Positions 1 to 14,169 of a stretch of 64,000 nt of DNA are shown here, in pieces; the first letter of the stretch is position 1; each line of letters begins with the position of its first letter. The stretch lies in assembly GCA_964035545.1 (NCBI GenBank), contig OZ037765.1, positions 25,605,504 to 25,669,503 on the forward strand. Reading direction: 5' to 3'. The notes under the pieces are model-generated. The model was not told the origin of the DNA. It did not search any database and was given only the letters and a program-made list of their open reading frames with translations. The stretch is from Bugula neritina. Lineage: Eukaryota; Animalia; Bryozoa. Position numbers and translations under genes: made by a program.

Positions 1-3000
1 CAGCTGCTTATTGCCTGTAACTCTCTTCTGAATGAAGCCAGTTTGCAAGCAGTTGACACAAACACAGTTTGTATTTATTAATTATATTTGCTGAAAATTA
101 TGTAACATACTTGTATTCCACTTATACTAGTTGCCAATAAAATTATACATTTTTTCAAAGAGCGAGACTTTTGGATTTTCAAATTCATAACATGGTTAAT
201 TTGTAATGTAGTATAAATTTAAAAAGAATTGCTTTCAGTTGACAACTTTGACCAGAGTGTTTGTCAGGACCCTGGCTCCATACCTTCATATCATTGATGA
301 ATGGCTGACTAATGGAAACCTCAATGACCCGTATTTAGAATTTGTAATCAAAAAGTAAGTCATGAAATATCTTTCATGATATTTCTTTCATTCCAGCCAG
401 TTAATAATTTATTCAGACTTGAGCGTAGGTGAAGGCTGATTTAGCATTTCTTTTTTGAAATTGAACTGAAAAACCCCAAACCCTTGAATGTTTTGCTGAT
501 ACAATTAATGATGCTAAGTTCTCGTGATCTCAACAGGGATTGTGTAAATATTCTTAGGAAGAACTCCAAATGCCTGGATGAGACATTCTGGGACATGGCT
601 GTGGAGTTGACTACGTGTGAACCAGCAGAGTCTACAGAACGTATTACCAGCTCATTCTCGTATAACTACAGTGTGCCTGACTTGTTGAGAGGTACTCTCA
701 CCAGAATAGCTATTTCTGGCAAATCAATGGAAATGCTCGCTCAACTTGGCAAGGTCTCCTTTGCTGTAGGTATGTGCGTATAATTTGTTGCCATACATGT
801 ATATATTAGTCTATATTACTATATGCTCATATCTGATTACTACTGCATATGTGATTTGTTGCTACACACATGAAAGTAACATTATCCTGTCATTTATTGA
901 CTTGCCTACTTTAAATACAATTCTTCAACAAAACTTTTATGCAAATGTGGTGCACTAGTTGAAAATTTCGCTATTATCCAACAATGATTAGCGAGGTAGT
1001 GCATTATGTTTATTGTATTTAAGATCAGAGAGAATATTGTAGGCTATTTCAGCCAACTTATTCACAAAAATTATGTTTGTCTTGGTATGCTCTTAACGTT
1101 TTGCTATAGTTGAGCTAATTTTGACAGAAATCATGCAGTAATTCTCCGTAGTTTCATGAATAGAAAGCTTATTTAATATTTTAAAACTACTCAAATATAA
1201 AATGTCTTGGCAAAGTTTTTCATCAAGTTTTGGTTTTTATTATTTATTAGGTTTTCTGATTGTTGTTTCATGACATTCAATTTTTGGCTTATCTTTTAGG
1301 AGAAAGCAATAAATCTTTGCTCAGTGCTTTTGTGGACAAATTCTGTTCTGGGTTGAATTGGAATGAACCCAAAGAAGCACCCACAGCAGCAGAAGGTGTA
1401 GAGGAGAGTGCTAAGCTGACGCCCACTGCTGTCAGTTCTGCTCCAGACGTCTCACCTCTCCTACGTGCCAACTTCAGGGCTTTGTTTGAAGAAGGCAGAC
1501 CTATGACACCAGTTGATGAACTACGGTATCTAACCATAATATAATAGTTCTTACTTGTTGAGTTGTGCTAGTTGCAGCTGTCAAATGGCAATCAGTTGCT
1601 GCAATTCTGCATTTAAACTAAAATCTTTTTCAACTGTTTTCAATTAAATCACATTCTTAAATTTACATAAATAGGTATTTTTATTTATATTAGATTGTAT
1701 ATGAGCTACAGGCTTTTTTATAGTAATAACTAGTCTACTAACTGAAATTTATTTTCAGTGAGACTACCACTAAAGTATAATAAATTCATGATGGCAGAGT
1801 GAGTGATAATGTATATTGTTGTATAGGGCTTTATCTGGACAAAATATGTATAACATGGTGAACCTTAAACAGTTGATGTCTTCAAGCCTCGAGCTGCTTG
1901 TAGAAGAACGATATAATAGAGTGTCACAGTGCCTGCTTCATGTCTTGAAAGATGACTGCCATATTTATTATTACCTTTCTCTTGTACGGGTGAGCGGTTT
2001 ACATCTTTATGGGTATCTTTTTATGTCGAATGGACCAGCTAACCAGCCCTATCTTGAGGTTTCACTTTACAGCCCAAATTGCTAGGTGATTACAGGGAAA
2101 AGCCTTTTCTTTCATCATTAAATGCTCTCAATTTGTTTTGTATTTGCCATTCACCTGCTCTCTTCCATCAAATAGCATTGCCTTAAGCCATATTATTTTG
2201 CATACTTCTGTATGATCTGGAACAAGGTCTTATTTCAATGTGTTTATTTGATTCTTCTGTATGGAAAGCATCAATTCAATATTCTTTTTAGAAAGTTTAT
2301 CTCTTGGAAGCTGGAGGTATAATGTACGAGTTTTTATGGGAACTTTTTGACAAAATAAGACTCGATGAAGATTGGAAAGATGTACTGACACTGAATGTTG
2401 GTCTTCACGAGTGTTTAGAGAAGCATTTCCCCAAACATTTTTCCCGGTACTAATTTGCTAGTATCCATTCTTCGTATCTCGTATCACATGCTAATATATT
2501 TTTTGATCAACATTCTTTTATTCTCTTTTGATGTGTCAAATTGAATATATTTGTGTTTTTAGGTTTAGCATCAGTTTAGCTGATGATGTTAGAAAATCTG
2601 AGTTTTTACCCATTCATATGCTAGAAAAATTCCATCTACATTACGAGGTAATGCTCGTTGATATTATAATGTTGCAATTTGATAAAAGGGCGCAGATTAT
2701 AATAAACCTAGCTATATGCAATCTTTTCTATACTGTATACATGTGTGTGTATTTGCGTGAGAGTGTGTGTATCATTATTTTTTCTACACTCTCTTGTAAT
2801 AATATACTTTAAATTGTTTATAAGCTCTATTGGGGTTGGCATATATGTAACCTTTAGATGTATTATTACTGGACACGTGGTTATATGCATATGAAGCTAA
2901 TAATGTTAGAAGTGCAGTAAAACTGGATGTGTTTGTTTTCAATATAGGTTGACTGGCCTATTGATGTGATATACAATTCAGCTTGTGAAGAACAGTATAA

Positions 3001-5596
3001 CAGAATATTTCAATTCCTTCTTCAACTGAAGCTTGCGAAACACTCAGTTGATAATCTAAAGTTTGATGGTAAGATTGTGGTCTGCACAGCCTTTACGGAT
3101 ATAGATATAACATGTGGGCGATTTCCTTGCTTGTTTTATGTTATATTTTGTTACCATGATTTTCCTATAAAGTTGGTCATTTGTAATAAGAAGTTAACCG
3201 TGAGTTTGCTGTGACTGCTGGTGTTGATTCATCTCTCTAAGATCATAATTATAGCAATTGCATTTTAAAAATTTGTTTAGGGTGAAAATGCATACTTTTG
3301 TGACTTCATAGTGAAAGATTATTTGATAATCAGTATATTGTATGCATTAGTTGGTTAATGCCAGTTACTATAAATCACATCCTCACTGTTTTTGTCATGT
3401 TAGCATTGCACAAAAAGCTCACAGATGAATCGACTGCATCTTGTGCTAATGGAGATGAGTTACTAGAAAAGAGCATCTACCTGTTGAGAATGAAGATCTT
3501 GCATGCTGTGAACAGTATCCATGACTACATAATGACAACAGTTAGTATGGTCATTCACTCTCTTAGTACATAGTTATACACCGTGTTTCTATTAGTCTGA
3601 TTCTTCTCAAGTTTAAAGGTGTGTTTATACTGGCTTTGGAAAAAGTGCTGAGTATTAGTTGATTAAAAGTACTATTTTATAGCTGCACAAGAAGTCATTA
3701 AAATTACATTGATGCTGAAAATCATTTACGATTAGTAATACGTGACTGGGTTAGTTATTACTTGATGTGTTCACAAATTAAACTATGTAAAAGTAATAAT
3801 GTGAAAGATAACTTATAATAATTATTATTTTACTACAATTTGAAATTTTTTTGAATTGCGGAGGGTTTATTTGATGCCCTTCAAGTAAGTTGTTTAATAG
3901 AGAAAGCAGTTTTTTTAATTTGGGGAGCTAAACCGCCTAATTATTCCTGTAAATTGTATACTGAAACTTTACCAATAAAGTAATAACAATTTTAATTATT
4001 TACTTTTATAATGCAAGAAAACTTGGTGAAAATGTCTCCTCAACCAAATTGACCTTTTTTATTATTAATCATGGAGGTGTAAACACATGTATAACCTCTA
4101 ATCTTTTTAAAGTTCTATGCTATAAAAGATTTTTAGTTCATTGAGATGTATTATACTCCATGTTTTGCATTTTGCGGATTTCTTATAACTTATGTTCTGC
4201 TGTTAGTGTAGAAGACATATTTTACATAATTTCTATTTTAGTTGTAGGATACTGTAGCATGTATATCAACCATGCCCAGTAACTCGGTTTTTGATTTTTA
4301 TCTGCTATTGTTATATATATTTCTTTGTTTTCAGATTCTGTATCACTCGTCCCAGCAGTTTGAAAAGAATGTGGAGTCTGCGACTGACCTGGAGATGATC
4401 ATGATGGTGCATAGAAACTACTTGAATCAAGTGTTTAATCGTTGCTTTCTTCACCCTAAAAACTCAGTCATTCATGGCTGTCTACTCAAGATACTCAACA
4501 CTGCATTGATTTTTCAGAAGATGTGGGACTCTGGCTTAGACACTACAACGTATGTTTTTTTAAAAAGAACCCCCATGAATTTGTCTGTTTCATGTTTTTT
4601 TAATTTTATGAAATATCCAAGTTTTGTGTAGCAAGTGTTAATCCAATGCAATACTGATAAAATATATAAACATGCATATTTTAGCTACATACTCATTTTC
4701 AGTTGCCAAACATCAGTAACTCTTCAGTAACTTGACTTATATTTGAACTTTTATGATGATGAAATTGCAAATAAAAAAGTTTATTTATTCGTAACATTAA
4801 ATGTCAAAATGTGTAATTTAAATCAAATGGTTGATTGCTTATATCAGACAGATAATTTGTGGAATGGTAAAATTTATAGTTGACATTTATTTATAATCTA
4901 CGTGTAGTTATTGTTTTAATAGGTGGACGAAAGTAGAGGAAATCTCACTTAGTTTTACCAAGTGTATACAGATTCTGATGTCATTTATCACATCACTTAT
5001 CAAAACCGGCTCCTTACCACACTGTGAGTTCATGTTTAAAGACCTGTGGGATTGTAGCTTTTAACATATTATTTATATTATTATTTCCTATCTGTTCTGT
5101 TCAAGTTATATGACTAGCGACTGTTGAATTTCTTCTACTGCATAGCATATTTTTAAATCATCTCTGGAAGTTGGAAAGTCACCTTATCACTTGGCATAAA
5201 AGTATGTGCATCTGAAAGTGATACAATTTTGACCCTTTGTGTCATTACATTGTAGAAAATATTTTTACCATGTGCAACACTTCAAGCTTTCCGATGATAC
5301 AAAAAGTGCTAGGAGGCAGAAAATCTTTGGTTTTTTAAAAAATAATTATCTAATTGAAATGCTAGAAAAACTGGTTTCTTATTAGATTCAGCGTTCTACA
5401 GAATTGAAGGCTAAGACACTCTAATAGACAGGATACACATTTTAGGCTAAATAATGATACATCACTATTTTGTATAATTTAAATACATTCAATGGAGAGT
5501 TGTGTTTTTTTAAGTTTCCATTCACTTTGTTATGCATTTTCTGTTGTAGTGGAGTCATTGGCTTTGGCATTTAGAAGCACTACTGCAGTCAGCTAA
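1..5596 (+). CDS. TUBGCP5: Gamma-tubulin complex component 5, 3' part (5' end outside window). Approximate exons 1-66, 239-354, 558-769, 1300-1526, 1827-1989, 2292-2446, 2563-2647, 2948-3068, 3403-3540, 4335-4548, 4923-5022, 5550-5596
   Basis: Spliced translation gives PYLHIIDEWLTNGNLNDPYLEFVI, KVYLLEAGGIMYEF..LNVGLHE, VDWPIDVIYNSACEEQYNRIFQFLLQLKLAKHSVDNL and C-terminal GSLPHLESLALA*. These match remembered GCP5 motifs. GT-AG introns; AATAAA near 5813. Confidence 0.93.
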
Positions 5597-6224
5597 TAGA
5601 ACTTCAAGCTGCACTAATTATTAAATGGATGAGTGTAGATGTTATCTAATCTAACCATGGAAATGCAATTTGATGGTGCTTTCTGTCGATTATGCTTATT
5701 TGTAGTCACTCCTCTAGGTAGGGTGTTTGCTCTTGGTTTTCAAAGCAGAATTTGACTTTTGGTTTTCTTTTTCTTTTGTTTTTTTTTACAACATGAATTT
5801 ATGTTTTTCCAAAATAAAATATCTTGCCTTTTAATTTAATTGGGTTATTCTTATTTCTGTTTTTAAATATATAAAGTTTGGATGTTGTTACATCTTCTAA
5901 ACACATTTTATTTCATTAGCAAGTTTATTGACATTTTTAAGCAAGATAAAACTTGCTAAGCTTATATAAACAGGCTTATGGAAATTTTGATGATCTCAGT
6001 TTATACAATATTAGGTTTGGTAATAATGAATCAACAGTTCGCATTGTAGAAGTTGCACATGCAAGATATTTAGGTAATATAGCTATTTTGCTGACAAGAA
6101 GTTGTTTAAAAAAATTAAACAAAAGGTTAGCCACTAAATCCAGACCAGCCTGATATATTAATATATTTATATTGCCCTTAAACCCACGCCTACATGCATT
6201 TCAAGGTCCCAGTGAAATCTGTGG

Positions 6225-6330
6225 ATGTAGCTATTGGAGCGAAGTATAATCATTTTATTGTTCGAGTTGTCTTTCCTCTCTGTGCGCTCCTACTAAGACC
6301 GTATATAAAACTGTTTCCGGTTAAAAGATC
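6225..6330 (+). promoter_or_regulatory. Probable cytochrome b5 promoter
   Basis: ATTGG (reverse CCAAT) near 6233, TATATAAA near 6302 and TTCCGG (ETS-like) near 6315, with locally raised CpG, 110-210 bp upstream of the ATG. Confidence 0.5.
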
Positions 6331-6439
6331 ATCTTGCAAGTCCAAAGGTCTTCGCAGCCCTAATTTATCTAGTCTCAGCTCAAACTTGCTAGTCGCTCTT
6401 GGTTAGATCCTTATTATTTAAAAGTAAATATTTACAAAA

Positions 6440-9400
6440 ATGGCAAAAGTATTTAGACTAGACGAAATAAAAGAACACAACAATGGAAAATCAAGCTGGT
6501 TAATTATCCATGACAAAGTTTATGATGTAACAAAGTTCCTTGACGAGGTAGATTAACTTTAACAATAACTTCAAGATATTCATATTAATATTAATATTCA
6601 TATTGATATTCAAATTGAAATTCAATTTTATATTATTATATTTAATATTACTGTTTACAATTTTATCTTTACTGAATTTGGATTTAAATTTATGATTTAA
6701 ATTAGTTTATTTTCATTTTGATATTGAATTTGATTATATTTTAATTTGAATAATAATATTAATAATAATGTTGGTATCAGTATCCCTATCTTAATAGCTT
6801 CTAGATCATCTAGTATATGTTTAATAATGATTTTATATTCATTTAATTACACTACCTCTAACTGTAACACTATCATAAATCATTGGCGAATGATCCTTAT
6901 GAGTTTGAAATGAAAGCCATTCCTCTAAAACTAAAAGTTTTATTGTAAAAGTAAAAGGATTGTACCAAGCTCGGTTGACGTATTTTTTTATGTATTTATT
7001 TCACACCAGAGAAAATATTAGTGTATTTAATTTTTAATTTTAATTTTGGAACTGTCCATAGTCGAGATTCAAATTCAGCACTAATTTTTAAAAGTAAATA
7101 GATATCAATTATTTTTGTATATGACACTCAAAATAGTAAATGTAATAAACCTGCATTTGTATTGCTTGTAGTGTAAAAATATAACAAGGCTCTTTGTGAA
7201 TATGCAAAAGATTCTCTAATTGAAGGCCTTATAATACGACACAGTTATAACATGTTTTTACCGAAAAATCATAAATGTGATCAGCCAATTTAGATGAAAA
7301 CTAGTATGGCTAGATTCCTCGACTTTGAACTTAGTAATTGTGTAGTTTTCTCTAATCAATACTCAATGGAGTCTATTACATGAAACACACCATTACTACT
7401 ACTAGGCTACCAGCATATATTTCTGTTGTGATGATTATCTTTTAGTTGATTCCAGAAATTTGTGTTCATTTAGTCATTATAATTTTACTGGGATGCTATA
7501 TAAAGAAAAGTCTAAATATTTTTTTCATCTGTAACTCTAAATGCAATGTTATATTTTTAGCATCCTGGTGGTGAAGAAGTGCTTTTAGAACAGTCAGGTT
7601 AGTTTTCTTCAAATCTTTCAGTTGAATATAACTTAATCTACTTTGCAGGCAGCTGTACTAGTAACTTAAGTTATCTACTAGCAGCTTCAAAACCTTGTGT
7701 ATCTACAACTACTTTGCGCCAGGCATGCTTCAGATAGTTTTTAAGTTGCCGTATGCTCTTATAAAATATGTATGCCGGTTTCTTTTAAGATAGGTGTTCA
7801 AACAAAACTTGCTTGGTCATGACAGCTAAAAACTAGTATCAAATATTTTCAACCTTGCTTAAAGTTAAATTTCACAATGCTGCACCAACTGTGAATAACT
7901 TCACCTTGCCAAAATATTTTTAATGTTACGTCTCAAGTTATAGAATCTATGGTCTAGATTTCAACTTTGAAAAATAATGATGAAAAATGAATACAACATC
8001 AGTAAAACCAATTCCTGTATTAGGTGATAGTACAGCTGCTACAAGGCATTTCTTATGACGGACTATGCAACTAGATTTCTGACAGTTATGAAATATTTCA
8101 TGCGCTCTATAATTTGTAGTAACTACTAATAAAAAGTGAATGTATCACAATAATTATGCTGGTTTAGAAGATTTCAAATGTTTTGCATGAAACCCAATAT
8201 TTCAGAGTTATATAGCTGAGCAGATTTGGACAGAGTGTAGTTAATATCATTTGTTAGTGAGTCATTGGTTTTCATTCCTTAGTTGGAAAAGTCAGGTATC
8301 CACTTATCAACTTTCTTGTTTGCAGTTTCACTTTGTAATAACATCTAATAACTGGCAAGGCACAGCCATGGTTTAGTTATCAGAGTCCAGGCCCAGTAAG
8401 TGCCAGCTCATTTATTGCACTACAAAGAGAAGCTCTCAAACCATGTTGTCAGTATGATAAAAGTCGCTGTCTTTAGCCTGCCTATTATCTGGGGTTGTAA
8501 TAGTGGTAAAGGCATCAAATAAATGCTAATGTTTTTATATAAAGGCTGGGAGTTTCTTGATAACAATTATCTCCTTTCGTCAATCACAGTAGTTTCAACG
8601 GCATTCGTACCCAAGATCCTCTATTGGCTGCTCTACTGTGGACTTCTACCTTCTAGACTCTTATACCATAATATCCATGTTAGCCATGTTCAGTTCAGCG
8701 TAGAAAATAAATCAACCTTTATAAATATAAGTCTCTCATACTACAGCATAACTGACAAGGTGTATTACTGTCAAGGAGTGCTGTTTCTTCATTCATTTGC
8801 TGAAGTGTGAAGTATTGTCTACTTCCAGGCAAGGATGCAACTGAGTCTTTTGAAGATGTAGGACATTCCACAGATGCCCGTGAACTTATGAAAGATTACT
8901 ATATAGGAGACTTGCATGAGGTTAATATTCAGTTTTGTTAGTTCTTTAGTAGATATTAAAATATACTTCATAAAGCAGCATATGCTGATCACATTTTAGT
9001 CTAATCAATAATATGGAATCTAAATGCACGGATCATCCTAGAAAGTTTGGGATAGCTGCTAAAGTAGCATGTAACTAACAGTAGCTGGAGTAACATGTGA
9101 ACTGGGTTAGGCATTACACGAATTGTGTGCTCAGCATTGATTTCTTGGAGTTGCACAACAACTACATCAATAAGTTTCAACAACTGCACATCTCTGTAAA
9201 GCTACTTGTGCATTAAGTGGTTGAGCTGTCTTTAATAAAGATCTTGTGTTGTACGAAAAGTTAATATTTGATCAATATCTTAATTACAGACTATTATTTC
9301 TGTGAGCTTGTTCAAATTTAACAGTCTATATTTTATTGCCAGTAGGTTATTATTACTTGAATGTAGCCATGGTTTAGACTTTAGCATCTACTAGCTGTGT

Positions 9401-10753
9401 TGTAGCCATTGAGAGTGAGTGTTGTACAATCCAATGATAGGGTCAGCTTGCTTCAACTTTTGAAGCCATACCGTTACGAATTTCTTAACTTGCTGCTATT
9501 GTCATATATTTAAATGCTATTACGTATTATATTTGTAGGATGATAGAGTGGTCAAACCATCAAAGGTAAGCCTGACAGAATTTTTAGTAATGGTGTTCAT
9601 CTATTAAAAATCGCAATATGTCAGATTATATAAGATGTACGTTTTTTAGAAAATTCATCAGTAAGTCCTCTCGCAATTTATAGCCAAGAGCAAGATTGTG
9701 GGTTACATCAATATAGCTTTTAATGAGAAGCATTTAAGCACTATTTTGGTGCAGGTGGTATTCAGTCATTGGTCACTAAAGCCTGAAAAATAAACTGTAT
9801 GGTATCCCTTCACAGACTAGTTAATATATTGGATATTAGTGTTGTAAATTTTTACCTTTTTTGTAACTGAAAATAACCTATAGTTCTGCTTGCCTATGCA
9901 GTTTAACTTTTAATCACACAAGTTAAAAGTAGTTGCAATGTAGCATCATGGTTATATCAACAGACTTTGATACTGAAACTGCTAGCTTGTTGAAATATTA
10001 GAATATTGATTGCCTTAAATTATCTGGTGCTAAATATATACCTCACAGAATACATTATTCTTTTTCTAGCCTTCTTCATCTGCAACTTCTGGATCTTCTA
10101 ATGTGCCAACAGGGTAAGTTTATTAGACGGTTTGTAAATTAGCCAGACATTTTGAAAGTAAGGTGGAGGGAAGTCTGCTGGCTTTATTCAGTGTAAATAG
10201 TGAAGTTGGTTGTTTTGCATGCAACTTGCCTCCTGGTTATTATACTATCATTATAGTGTGTTTTTAGGTTATTTAGTTGTACATTATTTTTTAATAGAGA
10301 CAAGGGTTGCAATACCATGTAAGCTTCAACGCTGGACAGCAATTATAGGTATAATCGTATTCATATATCAACATATTGATTGTGAAATTCCTGTATTTGT
10401 AGCACATATCTATAAATTTGAACTGATTGACAGACATCAAAATGTTGTTGCTATGGCAACCTCTATTACCATGTAACCCTGTTGTAAGACAGTAGTGCAG
10501 AGTTCTATTAGTTTGCATGCACAGTATTCTTTACTACTTTTCTGTACAACTACCATTGGTATGTTTTGTCAGCTGTTGCCTCCAAGGTCTGTAAACTCTC
10601 ATGTTATTTCTTGACTTAGTATCATGAGTATCATTTCTGTTTCTTGATGGTCTGTATTTTCTTCCTTTTAGATCCTGGACTTCATACCTTCTACCACTAG
10701 CAATGGCAATAGCTGCAGCTTTAGTTTATAAAATATTTAGTGAGAAGCAATGA
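6440..10753 (+). CDS. CYB5: Cytochrome b5, tail-anchored. Exons 6440-6547, 7561-7597, 8829-8920, 9539-9565, 10070-10113, 10672-10753
   Basis: [36 protein letters not shown]|[13 protein letters not shown]|[30 protein letters not shown] contains both haem-ligand His motifs; C-terminal anchor [26 protein letters not shown]. Missed by the ORF track because the exons are short. Confidence 0.96.
6570..6880. repeat. (TNA-NNN)n 6-bp periodic tract, CYB5 intron 1
   Basis: TCA TAT TAA TAT TAA TAT TCA TAT TGA TAT TCA AAT TGA AAT TCA ATT TTA. Confidence 0.75.
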
Positions 10754-12223
10754 AGTATTAAATCAAGATTGTTGTCAAGATTTTGAACTGGTAAATTCTT
10801 CATATGGATGCTTGGAACTATGATTTTACATATTTTCATGACATAGTTTTTAACATTTATGTTACAAATTGATTCCTATTTTGATGTAATTTCAATAAAT
10901 TGTTAGTCCATTTCAATTCCAGTTTGAATATATTGAGTTTTGTATAAGTTTAGTATTATCTTTTTACAATAAAAGTAATTATACATAGCTGTCAAAAGTT
11001 GCGCTTAAATTTTTTATGACTCTAGGTCCACAATGTGCCATTATTGCTCAGCTTTGCAGCTTTTCTGACTGGCCATAAATATAATTAGTTTTAAAAAATC
11101 AAAGTTATCAGTGAGATACCATAATACGACAGATCCACTTGACTACTCAATATTATTGTAGGCTTTATGTAAATATAAGAACCATTTGCTAATAAAAAAA
11201 GACATTAACTGTATATAAAAATATGCTGTTTAAAGAAAACAAAAACGAGTAAATAATGGTTAGAGCAATGCTCAATTAAGTTGAAAGGCTAGCAGCTAAT
11301 GAGTGATCAGTTTGAGATAAACACTGGCTCCGTATTATGGGGTGGAGATTCATCTCTTTCTGTGGGTACTTGACTTATACATTCCGAGTAAGATGGAGGC
11401 AGCCCAAGACTATCCTAAAAGCATTTAAAAGAAATAAAATCTTGTTTGATGAGACAATGGCCTTTCCCACTTTTATTGCAACTAAAAAATTCACTCAAAC
11501 GATTGTTTTACCGATTTTGAATATATCAGCACAAACCAAGACCGCGTTAAACATGGGGCTAGTTTAGTTGGTCAGCTCAATAAAATTGATTTAGACTTGC
11601 TCAACTAGTAGTTGATTTAGCTTAATAACCTAGTGCCACCACTATTACTAATAATTACTATAGCACTGATGCAAATGATAAATATTGAAGCATTATCATC
11701 ATAAATCAAATTTTTATAATATTAACCATCACTTGCAATTCATAATAGTATTGATAACCTCTACCTACACTAATAACTATTCAAGTAATATAATAATGAA
11801 ATACTTCATAACTTTTATTTCATAAAATATACTATTTTTATACTAAATTTTAATAGTAAAAACTTGATGTATTCCATGAGCAAAATCATTAAAATGAAAC
11901 ATTCTAATTATTTCTGATTATTATTTATAATTATGTTTTGCATATTCACATAATATTTTCAGTTATCTGCAAGGATTTATGGTCTAATATATTGAGCAAA
12001 CATTGTGGTTCGAAAATTTTTTATGTCCATTCAGGGTCACTAGTAAACTCAAGACACAGCTTCATTTGACATGACTTAATTTTATTTAACCAATCAATAC
12101 CATGACCTGAGTTATGACTTTGACCCAAATCTGCATAAAATCTTGAAACACTATGTTGGGCCTACATCAAGTAGGCTGCAACGTCTAGACTGACTAACAT
12201 CAACAAAACCCTCCAGATTTGCA

Positions 12224-13285
12224 CTAAACAGAGTCTTTTTGAATGAGACAGATTTTCTGCTGGCACTCAAATAACTAGTATGAATTTTATGTTATATAGG
12301 CAAGTATAACAATAATTCTTATCTTCATAACAATAAAAAGCATACAATTAAATACACATCATTCAAACTGTACATCAGTTTTACCATGTTGGCTATTTAC
12401 CAATGTCTCTTTTATTGTATATAAATCTTGATTGAGTTCAAATTTTACAAGGGATGCACCGCACGATAGCATAGGCATTCTACTATTCATAAACATTAAA
12501 CTAAATCGTAAAAAGTGGCACAACTACTACAACGACAAAGCATCGAGTTCAAACTTATTTACACGAACAAATTTTTACAGCATGATTATGACATTTAATA
12601 ACAAAACTTGAAAAACTTTGTTCTACTTACGTTAACTTCTTTTTGCTGACTATGAAATGTGGCTTCATCATACGTTGGAGGATACATCATAGTTAATCTG
12701 TCTGGACAAGCTGAGAATTGACACTCTAAATCTGAATATAGTAAATAAACTCAAATAGTTTGTTAAATAAAATTATTGCTTCATTTCCTCATATTGAAGG
12801 CTATTTACTACTACAGCCATCAACACCTACAAATACTATTTTATTGTGAATATCTGCTAGCACAAGGTATTGCCTAATTCACAAGATATCTGAACTGTTA
12901 TACTAAGTGAGAATGTTGCATTTAAACTAATGGGTTGGTAATAGTATCACAAATATAATGAGACTCATAAAGTTGGATTATCTAAACTCAGCATAAAATG
13001 ATCTATTTAAAAATAAACAGTCTCATGCTCACCATTGAGATGGAGACTTCTAACATCACGTGGATTTCTTAGAAATTGCTGTAGCTGTCGTTGAATACGT
13101 CGTCGCTGCCTCATCCTGTGTCGGAGGTAGCACAATATAAACAAGAGCACACAGAGAATCATTAACATTACGGAGAATGGCATGAGGTAATTCATGTCTA
13201 TGAACCAATCAGAGTTGGGTCTATAACCAGGTACATCTGGAGTTTTTGGTGTTTTCATCGCGGGTATAGTAGTAGTTTCATTCAT
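12224..13285 (-). CDS. Small single-pass membrane protein with a PPxY motif (putative Nedd4-family adaptor). Exons 13285-13033, 12725-12631, possible last exon 12259-12224
   Basis: N-E-T sequon at the N-terminus, TM segment YLMPFSVMLMILCVLLFILCYL, basic stretch RHRMRQRRR. An in-phase splice (GTGAGC..TTTAG) leads to ECQFSACPDRLTMMYPPTYDEATF. The last exon is uncertain. A non-coding first exon probably lies near 15480-15600. Confidence 0.7.
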
Positions 13286-14075
13286 GATTTACAAATATGT
13301 AACCACCTGAAATTACAAATGAAACATTGATCTTGTATCTGTAAAATAGTTCAAAATTTACTAATGGTGCTAAAGCATTATGCAAATAATCCCAGCTCAA
13401 ATTCTCCTTAGAAGTTCTTAGTTTTACTTTATATTACGGAACTAAAATTAATCTTGCCATTGAATCATTTTTGGTTTGTAAAATACTAACCATTTTTCTA
13501 ACTCAGTATACTAACAGGCAAAATATGTTACAACAGTATGAAAATTTTCACAATTTACTTCAGGTTGACTGATGAAAAATAAAATAAATTTTATGCAACC
13601 GTAAATTTGTCTCTTGCAGCAATGTTCACATTTCTACATTGGGATAAGAACATATATGCATCATGTTTTTAATAAGCTCAATTTTTTACTAAATTTTAGG
13701 GTTTTAAGTTGAAAATGCACCAGCTATACTTTTTGAATAGCCACCTATTTTCTTGGTTGAAAAATTTGCTAAAATAGGGGTTCTTGAGCAAAGTTCAGAG
13801 AGTTTTGTTTTTGTCTATTTCAAAGAAATTGTGGTTTAATGTTTTTATATCGTCTATTTGTTTATCAAAACTTTTCGAGATATTAGGAAGATGATTAATA
13901 TTATGTAGTTTTATTGGCAGAGATTTTACATTAGAATGCAATTTTGTAATAATTAAAAATATAGTAGGCCTATATTATATCTACACATAGTAGAAATAAT
14001 TTACTCATAATTTTTTTCAATAAAAAATCATTTAAACAACTTAGCAGCATTAATATGTAGATATAAAATATATTA

Positions 14076-14141
14076 CTGCCGTTTCATTCGGACCAATGGA
14101 CCTTCCGACCAACGGGCCTTCAGAATATTGACCCAATCCCT
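14076..14141. repeat. Remnant of a small repeat/MITE end with three ~16-bp subrepeats
   Basis: TTCGGACCAATGGACC / TTCCGACCAACGGGCC / TTCAGAATATTGACCC form a GC-rich island in an AT-rich intron. Confidence 0.5.
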
Positions 14142-14169
14142 TAAATAATATCATAATGCATGTTTTATA

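Noticed and set aside
5150-5350. Possible MITE fragments (also ~26850-27050 and ~59640-60170)
   Set aside because: TE-like texture, but I could not define paired TIRs or TSDs by eye.
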